From IMG/VR virus record IMGVR_UViG_2868108522_000001, positions 1-64,000 of that record: a stretch of DNA of 64,000 bases; one strand, given 5' to 3'. Positions within the stretch are counted from its first letter, which is position 1. Each line of letters starts with the position of its first letter. The notes beneath the pieces are model-generated. The model worked only from the letters and a program-made list of their open reading frames with translations. It did not search any database and had not been told where the DNA came from. The DNA is from a virus (lineage: Duplodnaviria; Caudoviricetes). The translations under genes and the position numbers were made by a program. Of this stretch, positions 47,440-57,642 are shown in pieces.

Positions 47440-47702
47440 TCCTCGCCTGCAAGGGCTGCGGTCGTACCAAGCCTGCCCCCGACGGAACACCGAACGACAT
47501 CCACCCATCCGAGCACTGCGGAAGTTGCCCGCCATGGGCATGCGAGACATGCGGGGAGACGTGCAGCGCCACAGCGTTGTGCTCGTGCTGGCTGCCGCTC
47601 GACGGAATGGCGCATGCCGATATCAAAGCCCTCTTCGCGGCCGATGGCACGTTCAACCTCGGCGGACTGATCGGATCCAGGGGGAGCGATGGGCGTCCGT
47701 GA
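47436..47702 (+). CDS. Cys-rich small protein
   Basis: Several CxxC pairs; GTGA overlap. Confidence 0.5.
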   Translation: MILACKGCGRTKPAPDGTPNDIHPSEHCGSCPPWACETCGETCSATALCSCWLPLDGMAHADIKALFAADGTFNLGGLIGSRGSDGRP

Positions 47703-47985
47703 CCACGAAACGCCCCCCTCGACCTGGTGCGATTGGTGGACCGAAGTCCATGACCTCACCGCCGACATCTCCTACGGCTGGGTTCCGCCGGAACTGACAG
47801 CAGACCCCGGCGACCCCAACCCCTGGTTCTGGCACTGGTGCAGCCAGCAAGGGCAGTGGAATGCGCAGGCCGCGCCCGAGCACTCGCTCGTGGCGCGTCA
47901 GCCGCTGCACATGGAGCCGTCCCTTCTGTGGTCGTGCTGCGGGACACACGGATTCGTCCGCAACGGGGAGTGGGTATCAGCGTGA
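47689..47985 (+). CDS. Small metal-binding protein (DUF6527-like C-terminus)
   Basis: EPSLLWSCCGTHGFVRNGEW. Confidence 0.55.
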   Translation: MGVRDHETPPSTWCDWWTEVHDLTADISYGWVPPELTADPGDPNPWFWHWCSQQGQWNAQAAPEHSLVARQPLHMEPSLLWSCCGTHGFVRNGEWVSA

Positions 47986-48587
47986 CCGCCGACGACGTCA
48001 TCAAGGCATGGGACCAGGCCGACCCGACCGCGATCCACCCGCTGCGGCAGGTCTCCGAAGAGGCGTACTGGGAGGCCGGCCGCGCGCAGGCCGACATGCT
48101 CGCCACCGTCATCCCCGGCAACGCCAAGGTCATGGACTTCGGATGCGGTGACGGACGCGTCGCCATCCCCATGGCGGAATGGGGCTACGAGGTGACCGCA
48201 GTCGACGCCTCCCAGCGCATGCTCGACCGGCTGTGGAAGCGAGCCCCCGAACTGACCGCTGTCCAGGCCGACGCCGACGGCGTCGCCGCACACCTCGGCC
48301 GCCGCCGCATGGACGCCGTGTACTCCCTCGCCGTCCTCATCCACCACAGCTACAGCGACTGCCTGCACATCATCGGCAAGCTGCGGGCCGCGACCAAGAT
48401 CGGCGGCATCCTCGTCCTCGACTGGCCCGTCTCCGACCAGCCGGCCGAAGCCGACAGCTGGATCGGCGTCACCACCTGGTCCCGGCAGCAGCAGGCCGAC
48501 GCGTGCGCCGAGATCGGGCTGGAGCCTGTCGACAGCGGCCTGCCGTGGGGCGTGTACCGGGCCGTCAAGGCAGGCGTGGGTACGTAA
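47982..48587 (+). CDS. Class I SAM-dependent methyltransferase
   Basis: VMDFGCGDGR, AVDAS..ML, VLIH, GGILVLD. Confidence 0.85.
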   Translation: MTADDVIKAWDQADPTAIHPLRQVSEEAYWEAGRAQADMLATVIPGNAKVMDFGCGDGRVAIPMAEWGYEVTAVDASQRMLDRLWKRAPELTAVQADADGVAAHLGRRRMDAVYSLAVLIHHSYSDCLHIIGKLRAATKIGGILVLDWPVSDQPAEADSWIGVTTWSRQQQADACAEIGLEPVDSGLPWGVYRAVKAGVGT

Positions 48588-48868
48588 TGGGCGACGCTCC
48601 TCCCCTGACGTGGGAAGAACTCAAGCCATTCGAGCAGGAACAAGGCGGCTACTGGTACTACCCGTCAGGCTGTGACGTTTACGGCAACGGCAAGGTGTGG
48701 GTCCGCGTCCCTCGCCCTGAGCAGCCTGGTGAGATGGTCGGCTTCAAGAACCGGCTCGGCCTCCTACTGCGGGATGTCGAAACGCGTGCGATAGAGACAG
48801 GCAATGCCGAGATGGCTGCCTTGGCTGCCCAGTTGAAGCAAGTGGGGGTCCGATGCGAGTCCTCCTGA
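48587..48868 (+). CDS. Hypothetical protein
   Basis: TAATG overlap. Confidence 0.45.
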   Translation: MGDAPPLTWEELKPFEQEQGGYWYYPSGCDVYGNGKVWVRVPRPEQPGEMVGFKNRLGLLLRDVETRAIETGNAEMAALAAQLKQVGVRCESS

Positions 48869-49734
48869 CTGGCGCGTCGGGCTTCGTCGGCCGCCACCTC
48901 CACCGCGCGTTGGCCGATCGTGGCGACGACGTGTTCGCCCTCGACCTGCGGCCCACACCCGGCGTGGAAGTCGGTGACGCCCTCGACTTCTTCCGCCACG
49001 ACGACACCCGCATGGATCTCGCCATCCACTGTGCGGCGATCGTCGGCGGTCGGGCCAGCATCGACGGCTCCCCGCTCGGCGTCGCCACCAACCTCGCCCT
49101 GGACTCCTGGTACATGCGGTGGCTGGTCTGCACCCGCACCCCGCGAGCCGTCTACTTCTCCAGCAGCGCCGCCTACCCGGTGGAGCTTCAGCAGCCCGGC
49201 GACGTGCGGAAGCTGTACGAAGAGGACATCGACCTCGACCAGCCCGAGCAGCCCGACGCCACGTATGGCTGGGCGAAGCTGACCGGGGAGAAGCTCGCCC
49301 GGTACGCGGAGGCGGAGGGCTGCCGGATCCTCGTCCCCCGCCCTTTCTCCGGGTACGGCGAGGACCAGGACGAGGCGTACCCGTTCCCGGCGTTCACCCG
49401 GCGAGCCCGCGAGCACCAAGACCCGTTCGAAATCTGGGGGTCCGGCGACTCCACCCGCGACTGGATCCACATCGACGACCTCGTCGGCGCCACCCTCGCA
49501 CTCCTCGACGCCGAGGTGACCGGACCGGTGAATCTCGGCTGGGGCAGGGCCACCTCGTTCAACGACCTCGCCCGGATCATGTGCGCCGCAGCTGGCTACC
49601 AGCCGACGCTGAAGCACCGGCACGACGCCCCGCAAGGCGTCCACCACCGAGTGTGCGACCCCAGCCGGATGCTCGACCACTACATGCCCACTGTGACGCT
49701 GGAAGAAGGCGTGCGGCGGGCCGTCAATGTCTGA
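48853..49734 (+). CDS. NAD-dependent nucleotide-sugar epimerase/dehydratase
   Basis: LLTGASGFVG, SSSAAY, YGWAK, RDWIHIDD. Confidence 0.9.
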   Translation: MRVLLTGASGFVGRHLHRALADRGDDVFALDLRPTPGVEVGDALDFFRHDDTRMDLAIHCAAIVGGRASIDGSPLGVATNLALDSWYMRWLVCTRTPRAVYFSSSAAYPVELQQPGDVRKLYEEDIDLDQPEQPDATYGWAKLTGEKLARYAEAEGCRILVPRPFSGYGEDQDEAYPFPAFTRRAREHQDPFEIWGSGDSTRDWIHIDDLVGATLALLDAEVTGPVNLGWGRATSFNDLARIMCAAAGYQPTLKHRHDAPQGVHHRVCDPSRMLDHYMPTVTLEEGVRRAVNV

Positions 49735-49755
49735 CCCCACGGAAGGCCCGCGCCC

Positions 49756-50852
49756 ATGGCTTCCCCTGTCCCTGACCTGCCCTTGTGGGCATGGAATCTG
49801 ATCATCGCCATGCAGCAGCACGAAGAGCTGCACGGACGTGAGGACACCTGCCTGAAAGGCGTCCTCCATGCCGTCCCGCCCGAAGTCCTTCAGCAGGCCG
49901 AAGCGATCAGCGGCTACGTGAAGAAGGCCAGCGGCCAACAGATCGCCGACAACGCCATGGAGAAGTGGGGCGGCATTATGGACGCCTTCTTCGGGGCACA
50001 GAAGGCCGAGGCCGGGCCGGAGGCCGCGTCGTGACTGAGTCTGTTGCCATGCCGAACCCGTGCGAGCACGCATGGGAGTACAACAAGCCCGCCCACGCCA
50101 GCGCCTCCGTCCGCATCTGCTCCCTCTGCCACCAGATAGACGGCGAAGAACTGATGCGCACCCTCAACGAGTACGCGACCGCGTTCAAGCAGAAGCCGAC
50201 GACCCTCGTCTACGCCTGGTCCGACGGCCGCACGTACAGCGTCATCGACCAGCCCGGCGGCATCCCCGACAGCGCACGCGAACGCGCCCTCCTACGCGGA
50301 CTGCTCGGCCACGCCCTGTCGCAGCTCGATCAGTACGAGATCACCGGACCGCTCGGCATTGCCACCCAGGAGGCGACGTGAGTACGACTGCCGACAGCAC
50401 CCGCCTCATCAAGACCGTTTGGCGCGGGGAGAAGCCGTGGCACTGGAAGGCCCTCAAGACCGGGCACGTCCAGCCGTTCGGCTACCGCACCTACTGGCGC
50501 AGCCGCTGGCTGTGGCAGATCCACTTCACGCCGGTCCACATCGCCCGCGACAACAGCCAGTGGGAGATCGGCCTCTGCCTCGGCAAGCGGACGATCTTCC
50601 TGCTCTCACACTCCTAGCCCACAACCTGGAGTCGGCACCATGCAGGAAGATCTGAGCCTCTGCGGCTGGGGCGACTGCCAGGAGACGGCCACGACCGCAC
50701 TCCGCTTCCGCGATCAGCCCGGCCACATCCACAACTGCGACCCGCATGCTGCACTCAACCGAGAATGGTCCGACGTGATCGAGTCCGCGCCCATGCCGAA
50801 CTGCCCGTTCGTGCACGGCGAGATGTGGATCGACATGCCCCGCGACCTCTGA
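49756..50852 (+). other. Four small hypothetical genes (49756, 50031, 50378, 50640)
   Basis: RBSs and coupled overlaps. Confidence 0.5.
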
Positions 50853-50870
50853 CCACCCGGAGCCCGCGCC

Positions 50871-51308
50871 ATGGATCTCCACGCCTGGATCACCCAGCAA
50901 GTCGACGAGGTCGAGCGACTGATCGAAGAGAACGAGTTCTCGCCCAGCCAGACGGAAGGCGTCCGCCTCCGCTGCGAAGCCGACCGGCGCATCCTCAACC
51001 GGCACCGGCTCGATCCGACAGCCGCCAACAGCTCGTTCGAAGCCGCATGCGAAGGCTGCGGGCACGAGTGGCTGTGGGACGATCCCGTGCCGTTCGTCGA
51101 CAACATCAACGACTGCCCCGAGCTGCTGGACCTCGCGCACGCGCACGGCATCACGCCCGAGATCCTCGCCAGCCTCGACCGGCCGCAGATCCCTAAGCCG
51201 CCGCCGCGCAGCGAGCGCCGCCTCGGCCTCGGCGACATCCTCGCCACCCCACCCGTCACCACCAGCCAGGTGCCCGCCGCACTACGCGGACCCCGCTGGA
51301 AACCCTGA
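50871..51308 (+). CDS. DUF6221-like protein
   Basis: DLHAWI..CEADRRIL.RH..C..C..CPELLDLA. Confidence 0.6.
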   Translation: MDLHAWITQQVDEVERLIEENEFSPSQTEGVRLRCEADRRILNRHRLDPTAANSSFEAACEGCGHEWLWDDPVPFVDNINDCPELLDLAHAHGITPEILASLDRPQIPKPPPRSERRLGLGDILATPPVTTSQVPAALRGPRWKP

Positions 51309-51495
51309 CCACCACAGGAGCCCGCGCCATGGCCCATGACGACAAGAAGGCCACAAGCATCCCGGTCTGCGACCGATGGCTGCACGAAGTCTGGTGGCGA
51401 ATCGCCCGCTGGCCGGAGAGCGATCGGGCCGCTGGCCGAGTCGCGCTCGCCGAGTACCACACTCATCGTTCCGCACCCAAGGCGGTGACCGGCTG

Positions 51496-52167
51496 ATGGC
51501 CCGCCTGCAGATCCTCGAACTCCCCGAAGGCAGCGGCGACGACCGGCCGCCCTTCGTGCTCGTCGTCGACCAGGTGCCCGCCAACGGGGACGGATTCGAA
51601 GCCCTCCGACGCGACCTGATGGACGACTACCTCGCCGCGCGCACCGGCGCCCGCGCCGTCCTCGTCTTCGAAGACACCATCGACATCCCCGCCAACGACA
51701 CCAGCGCCTACCTCCGCGAAGCGGAAGCGACGTGGACCCCGGTCGACGAGATGGAAGTACTCCGTCAGCAGGCCAGGCACAGCGAAGAAGCCGAAGCCAT
51801 CCGGAAGCGCGTCTCCAAGGAACAGAAGGCCGCCCTCACCGACGCCCTCGGCATGGACGGGATCCGCGACTGGGACGACATCCTCAACGCCGCACGCGGA
51901 CTCCGCACGCAGCGCGACGCGCAGGCCGAGGCTATCGAGCGTGTCCGCAACCTGCACCGGCCCGTCGAACACAGAGGGCAGACCATCTGCTGGGAATGCT
52001 CCGACTACGACTTCCCCGGCCAGACCACCGACAGCCCGCCCGTCGCCCACGACCAGTGCGCCACCCTCCGCGCACTCAACGGGCCGTCCAAGTGGTGCTG
52101 CGGCCCTGCCTCCGACACCAACGGCATCACGCACCTCGCCGAGTGCCGAGGCAGACGCGATGCCTGA
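51496..52167 (+). CDS. Hypothetical phage protein
   Basis: MARLQILELPEG; 223 aa. Confidence 0.6.
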   Translation: MARLQILELPEGSGDDRPPFVLVVDQVPANGDGFEALRRDLMDDYLAARTGARAVLVFEDTIDIPANDTSAYLREAEATWTPVDEMEVLRQQARHSEEAEAIRKRVSKEQKAALTDALGMDGIRDWDDILNAARGLRTQRDAQAEAIERVRNLHRPVEHRGQTICWECSDYDFPGQTTDSPPVAHDQCATLRALNGPSKWCCGPASDTNGITHLAECRGRRDA

Positions 52168-52725
52168 CGTGACGGTGAAGCTGTCCGACGGCATCCGCGA
52201 CATCACCGTCGAGATCACAGGCGCAGACGAAGCACTCCGCCGCGCCGAAGAAACCGCCATCCGGTTGTACGACGTTGCCATCGCAGGCAGCCCCACCGAC
52301 AGGCGCGCCGGCTTCGCAGGCTGGTCACCCAGCAGCACAACCGAACGCAGCCCCGAGGAGTAGACGTGGTTCCCGCATCCGTCATGGAGCGCCTCAAGAC
52401 AGAAGGACGCGCCATAACCATCTACCCCGTCGGGCTCCTCGCCGACCTGTCCCGCTTCGTTCACGAAGCAGATAGGGTCGCCGCCCGCCGACACCTCCGC
52501 GCATCACTGCATCGCGAGTGGGAGCGGATCAAGGCCCGCAAGTGGCGCGAGGCGAAGAACTACCTGAACGGCTACCTCGCTGAACACGACACGCTCGGCA
52601 CCCGATGCGGCACCGGCTGGACGCGAGGGCGTGCACTGCGAGACCTGGCCCGGCATCTCATCGAGCTCGAATCACTCAAGGAGATCGAGCGGGTCTTCTC
52701 CGAGCTGCGCGCGAGTGGACCGTGA
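52160..52725 (+). other. Two small hypothetical genes (52160, 52366)
   Basis: RBS-linked ORFs. Confidence 0.5.
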
Positions 52726-53015
52726 GCGGCGGCTGGCAGGGTAGCGACCGCAAGAGCCGACTACCGTCGAACTGGGCGACGATCCGCCGCAAGGTGCTCG
52801 ACCGCGACCCGATCTGCAAGCTGTGCGGCGTGAGGCCGTCCACCCACTGCGACCACATCGAAGCCAAGACCGACGCCCACGCCGAAGACCGACTCCAAGG
52901 GGTCTGCGAACCCTGCCACCTGCAGAAGTCCAGCCGCGAAGGCCTCGCCGCGCAGCGCGCCAACCCGCGGCCCGGACGGACGAGGCCACAGGAACCGCAC
53001 CCAGGGCTGAGGTGA
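52722..53015 (+). CDS. Small HNH endonuclease, terminase-associated type
   Basis: W..IR..VL.RD..CKLC..DHI..LQGVCEPCHLQKS. Confidence 0.85.
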   Translation: MSGGWQGSDRKSRLPSNWATIRRKVLDRDPICKLCGVRPSTHCDHIEAKTDAHAEDRLQGVCEPCHLQKSSREGLAAQRANPRPGRTRPQEPHPGLR

Positions 53016-53019
53016 CACC

Positions 53020-53217
53020 ATGCCCCGCTGGCTCATCCAATTCCCCGGAGCCCAAGGCCGCGACGACTTCCGCATCGACGACGACCTCGCCCTCACCTTC
53101 AGCGGAGACTGGGCCATCTTCACCGACCAGCACGGCCCCAACTACGCACTCCCCGCAGGCCTTGGCGTCATCATCGAACGGGTAGACGAAGACCAGCCCG
53201 CGCCGCAGAAGGAGTGA
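53020..53217 (+). CDS. Hypothetical protein
   Basis: GAGGT RBS. Confidence 0.55.
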   Translation: MPRWLIQFPGAQGRDDFRIDDDLALTFSGDWAIFTDQHGPNYALPAGLGVIIERVDEDQPAPQKE

Positions 53218-53223
53218 TGACCT

Positions 53224-53460
53224 GTGGCATCCAAGGGACGCGGCCGGCGAGGCAACGCGGAGACCTTCCGCCGGTACTGGGGCCCGTCGGGCAAGGGCGG
53301 CGCACGCATCCGCTGGAATACCCCCGGGGACTGGACAAGGTGCAACAGGCTCCTCAGCCGCTACATGGCCGGCCGAGCCCGCGGCTACTGCCAGCTTCTC
53401 CACCGGAGGTACACCGGCAGCTACACCGGCAGTCGGGCCAACATCGGCCGACGACGGTGA
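53224..53460 (+). CDS. Small basic actinophage protein
   Basis: RRYW..G.GGARIRWNTPGDWTRC..L..Y..GYC.LH. Confidence 0.65.
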   Translation: MASKGRGRRGNAETFRRYWGPSGKGGARIRWNTPGDWTRCNRLLSRYMAGRARGYCQLLHRRYTGSYTGSRANIGRRR

Positions 53461-53560
53461 GGAACCAGCCGACTGTCAGCGGGCGTTGAGACAATAGAAC
53501 CCCGGCGAGTGCTACCAACACTCCCGGGGCCACGGCCAGCCCTGACACGACAGGACCAGC

Positions 53561-54307
53561 ATGCCCAACGCTACACGCCCCACCACCATCACCTGCGCAC
53601 GCTGCGGCGCGGAGAAGACTGTCGGACGCACCGGCCCGATACCCACCTACTGCTCCGCCTCATGCCGGGCCCGCGTCAAAGACGAGAGAGCTCGCGCAGA
53701 CGGGCGGTACGAAGCAGAGCGGACCGCCGCCCGAGAAAAGACTCGGCAACAGCGGGAAGTCAACGCACGTCCGTGCCCTTACTGCACCGCGCCCATGGTC
53801 AACCCCCAGCGCAAACAGTGCGGCAGGCCCGAATGCAAGCGGGCCTTCAACGCCGAACGAATGCGAGATTGGAACCGGCAGTACAAGGCTGAGCATGGGC
53901 AGTGGTACACCAGGCACCGGCACGGAGAGGCGCAGCGGGTGTACATGCGGCGGCGCCGCCAGGAGATCGGGCACTGGAGGCTGCTCTATCCAGCAGCGGC
54001 TGCAGCAGCCGACGCACGCAGGCGAGCACTCGTGCAGCAGGCGCGAACCGACGAGGTGTTCGCACCGCTCGACATCCACGTGCGGGACGGCTGGACCTGC
54101 CAGCTGTGCCACGAGCCCATCGACCGAGCCATCGCATGGCCGCACCCCAAGAGCCCGAGCATCGACCACATCGTCCCTCTGTCCCGAGGCGGAGCACACG
54201 CACTGAGCAACGTCCAGAGCGCCCACCTCGGATGCAACAGCAGCAAGCGCGACAGGGACATGGAGGCCGCGGTCACCCTCCTCACCCGCCTCGCCGGCCA
54301 GGCGTAG
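53561..54307 (+). CDS. HNH endonuclease with N-terminal Zn fingers
   Basis: RDGWTCQLC, SIDHIVPLSRGGAH..SNVQ.AH.GCNSSK. Confidence 0.9.
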   Translation: MPNATRPTTITCARCGAEKTVGRTGPIPTYCSASCRARVKDERARADGRYEAERTAAREKTRQQREVNARPCPYCTAPMVNPQRKQCGRPECKRAFNAERMRDWNRQYKAEHGQWYTRHRHGEAQRVYMRRRRQEIGHWRLLYPAAAAAADARRRALVQQARTDEVFAPLDIHVRDGWTCQLCHEPIDRAIAWPHPKSPSIDHIVPLSRGGAHALSNVQSAHLGCNSSKRDRDMEAAVTLLTRLAGQA

Positions 54308-54734
54308 GGCAGTCCACCAGGCTGGCCGCCGGGGCAGGGCAGGCATGCATGGCGTGAGGCGCGGCGACGTGGTCACCGTGATCATGGTGCAGCGAGCACA
54401 GGTGATCGCTCATGTGAGCCGAACGCTGCACGCCTGAGCCACACGCGCAAGTCAGGCCTATCGGATCGAAACGGACATAGGGTGCGATGGTGTCGTCACT
54501 CCAGGTCAGAGGGTCGGGCGGCGCGAACCGGACATAGGGGGCGTACCCCCCACCCGTCGTGATCGACAGATCGGCCTCGTATAGCACCTGACATCCCGCC
54601 CGGGTTTCCAAGGTCGCTGACCTGCGGTGATGCGAGCCGACCTGTCGTCAGGCTGCTCCGCGCACACGTCACGGCATGGTAACGGTGCAGGTGGAAGCCC
54701 TGTAGCCGTGACACGGGGCGGCTAGACTGGGGTC

Positions 54735-55376
54735 ATGACCTCGACCCCCGCCCCCCGCCGCACCCGGTGTGAGCAGTGCACCGGCCCGCTGCCGTTGATG
54801 GCGCGGGCGGATGCCCTGTACTGCGGTGCGACCTGCCGGAAGCGCGCGAGCAGGGCGCGGATCGCGGTCGAGCAGGAGCGGGTGGCCGGCGAGCAGGCCT
54901 CGCGTATCCCGTCCGAGTTGACGGCGCGTCCGCGGTGGGTTCGGTACTCGTGGCGGAAGGTGCCGTTGCGGGTCGACGGCCGGTTCGCCTCGGTGGATGA
55001 CCCGTCGTCCTGGTCGGACTTCCCGACTGTGGCGAAGGCGTCGGCTGGTGAGGGCGTCGGCTTCGTCCTGACGGCCAGTGACGGGATCGTGGTTGTCGAC
55101 CTGGACCACGCGGTCGAGAACGGTCGAGTGCTGCCGTGGGCGCAGGCGATCGTCGACCAGTTGCCGCCGACGTACATGGAGCGCGGCCGGTCCGGTACCG
55201 GCCTGCATCTGTGGTTCCGCGGGTCGGTGCCGGCCGGGCGCCGGGTTCGCCGCGGAGAGGTCGCGATCGAGGTGTACTCCGACCGCCGCTACATGATCGT
55301 GGGTGACCGGGTTTCGGGTACGCCCCTCAGTCTTGCCGAGCTGCCTGACGCGGCCGGTTTGATCGCTTCGCTCTGA
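54735..55376 (+). CDS. Zn-finger plus primase-polymerase (prim-pol)-like protein, leaderless
   Basis: KVP..SVDDPSSW, GVGFVL, VVDLD, ERGRSGTGLHLW, IEVY; TAGACT -10 6 nt before ATG. Confidence 0.75.
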   Translation: MTSTPAPRRTRCEQCTGPLPLMARADALYCGATCRKRASRARIAVEQERVAGEQASRIPSELTARPRWVRYSWRKVPLRVDGRFASVDDPSSWSDFPTVAKASAGEGVGFVLTASDGIVVVDLDHAVENGRVLPWAQAIVDQLPPTYMERGRSGTGLHLWFRGSVPAGRRVRRGEVAIEVYSDRRYMIVGDRVSGTPLSLAELPDAAGLIASL

Positions 55377-55457
55377 CGCCCCGGCGGCGTCCTGCGGGCG
55401 TCGTTGTTTCCAGCCCTCTGTGCGCCCTGGTGGCGTGCTCTGACCCTGGAGGTCGTC

Positions 55458-55898
55458 ATGGGCGCTCGTGGACCTATCGGTAAGCGCTCCGAGGAGCGCA
55501 TGGGCCATCGCTCAAAGGAAGAGATCGACTCAATCACGAAGGCGCCGTCGGGGCCACCGACGGACCTACCGGACCTGCCGGGCGCGGACCCGTTGTGGCA
55601 TCCCATCGCCTCGGACTGGTACCTCAGCCTGAGGGAGTCGGGGCAGGCGGCGTTCTATCAGCCGTCGGACTGGGCTGTCGCCCGCTACGCCGCGGACCTG
55701 ATGTCGAAGGTGCTGCTGTCGGAGCGTGGTCCGAACGGCCAGCTGGTCGCGGCCCTGAACTCGGTGATGTCGTCGCTGTTGACGACGGAGGGGGACCGGC
55801 GTCGGGCCCGTATGGAGCTGGAGCGGAAGAAGCCCTCCAGTCAGGCCGATGCCGATGTGACGGTGCTCGATGACTACCGCTCCGCCTTCGGGGGTTGA
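55458..55898 (+). CDS. terS: Terminase small subunit
   Basis: GPIGKR, WHPIA..WY.SL..SGQ, LLTTEGDRRR; precedes terL. Confidence 0.8.
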   Translation: MGARGPIGKRSEERMGHRSKEEIDSITKAPSGPPTDLPDLPGADPLWHPIASDWYLSLRESGQAAFYQPSDWAVARYAADLMSKVLLSERGPNGQLVAALNSVMSSLLTTEGDRRRARMELERKKPSSQADADVTVLDDYRSAFGG

Positions 55899-57642
55899 GC
55901 AGGCGGCCGAGGAAGTCCCTGACGAGATCACCCCCGTCGTCATCGGGCCCACATGGACGCGCGGCGAGGACGGGTTGTTCGTCAAGCCGGCTTTCACGCT
56001 CGGCTGGCACGTTCTGCTGTGGACGGGCAAGAACCTGCAGCATCGCGGAATGCGGTGGCGGTACACCAGCGAGCAGGTTCGGCTGATCCTTTGGTGGTTC
56101 GCCCTGGACCCGGTGACGGGCGAGTTCGCGTACCGGGATGCGGTTCTCCAGCGCCTGAAGGGCTGGGGCAAGGACCCGTTCGGGGCGACATTGTGTGCCG
56201 TCGAGTTCGTCGGCCCCTCCCGCTGGACTGGCCGTATCGCGGGGCCGAGGGATGAGAGCGGGGTGCCCGAGGGGCAGCCGGTCGGTGAACCTCATCCAGA
56301 GCCCTGGGTGCAGGTCGCGGCTGTCTCAAAGGACCAGACCCGCAACACGATGATCATATTCGGGTCGCTTTTCACTCCGAAAGCCCGAGCCGAGTACAGC
56401 ATCGACGTCGGCAAAGAGATCGTCTACGCCCACAAAGGAGACGCACGAATCGAAGCGGTGACCTCGTCGCCGCGCGCTCTCGAAGGTGGCCGGACGACGT
56501 TCACGCTCCTCAACGAGACGCACCACTGGATCGAGTCGAACCAGGGCCACGAGATGGCGGCGACGATCGAGCGGAACGCCACCAAGTCGGCGGACGGCTC
56601 CGCTCGCACCTTCGCGATTACCAACGCCTTCGAGCCCGGCGAGGATTCGGTTGCCGAGCAGACCCGTGACGCCTACGAGGCGGCGGAGGCCGGCCGTGCG
56701 GAGGACACGGGGATCCTGTACGACTCGCTGGAGGCGCCGCCTGAAGCCAAGCTGACGAAGCCGTGGCTGGAGAAGGTGCTCCTGGCAGTCCGCGGCGACT
56801 CGACCTGGCTGAACATCCCTCGACTGATCAAGTCGATTCTGGACCCGCGGAATCCTCCGTCTCGGTCGCGGCGGTTTTGGTACAACCAGATCGTCGCGGC
56901 TGAGGATGCGTGGATGGCCCGCTATGAGTGGGATGCCTGCAAGCGTGATGGCCTTCAGCTCGAGGACGGCGACGAGATCGTGCTGTTCTTCGACGGCTCC
57001 AAGAGCGATGACGCGACCGGTCTGTGCGCCTGCCGCATGTCGGACGGCTTCGTGACCGCACTAGGCGTCTGGCAGAGGCCGGCGAACTGGCCGTCCCCGA
57101 ACACGCCGGGCTTCGTGCCGTATCGGGTGCCTCGGGAAGAGGTGCACGGTGTGGTGGAGAACGCGTTCGCCCGGTTCCGGGTGTTGGCGTTCTTCGCTGA
57201 CCCGGGCTCCGGGCAGGACGACGATGACGGCGAGATGTACTGGGACGCCTTCATCGACCTGTGGGGTCAGACGTGGGGTCGGAAGCTGGCTTTGCGGTCG
57301 GTGGTGTCGGGTCCGAAGGCGCACGCGGTGCGTTGGGACATGCGTGACCCGAGGAATCAGGAGACGTTCACGGAGGCCGTGAAGCGCACGCACGCCGATG
57401 TGCTGGAGCGGACGCTGACGCATGACGGGCACAAGACGCTCCGCACACACGTCATCAACGCTCGTCGTCGGACGAACCGGTGGGGTGTGACGATCGGCAA
57501 GGAGCACCGTGAATCTGCCCGGAAGATCGACCTTGCGGTGTGCATGGTCGGGGCGCGGATGCTGCGCCGGATGATCCTCAACTCGCCGAAGCGCGCCAAG
57601 AAGAAGTCGCCAGGCCGGGGGAGGGTGGTGGTGCTGCGATGA
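55870..57642 (+). CDS. terL: Terminase large subunit
   Basis: QRLKGWGKDP, AVSKDQT, LNETHHW, FDGSKSDD, KIDLAV. Confidence 0.9.
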   Translation: MTTAPPSGVEQAAEEVPDEITPVVIGPTWTRGEDGLFVKPAFTLGWHVLLWTGKNLQHRGMRWRYTSEQVRLILWWFALDPVTGEFAYRDAVLQRLKGWGKDPFGATLCAVEFVGPSRWTGRIAGPRDESGVPEGQPVGEPHPEPWVQVAAVSKDQTRNTMIIFGSLFTPKARAEYSIDVGKEIVYAHKGDARIEAVTSSPRALEGGRTTFTLLNETHHWIESNQGHEMAATIERNATKSADGSARTFAITNAFEPGEDSVAEQTRDAYEAAEAGRAEDTGILYDSLEAPPEAKLTKPWLEKVLLAVRGDSTWLNIPRLIKSILDPRNPPSRSRRFWYNQIVAAEDAWMARYEWDACKRDGLQLEDGDEIVLFFDGSKSDDATGLCACRMSDGFVTALGVWQRPANWPSPNTPGFVPYRVPREEVHGVVENAFARFRVLAFFADPGSGQDDDDGEMYWDAFIDLWGQTWGRKLALRSVVSGPKAHAVRWDMRDPRNQETFTEAVKRTHADVLERTLTHDGHKTLRTHVINARRRTNRWGVTIGKEHRESARKIDLAVCMVGARMLRRMILNSPKRAKKKSPGRGRVVVLR

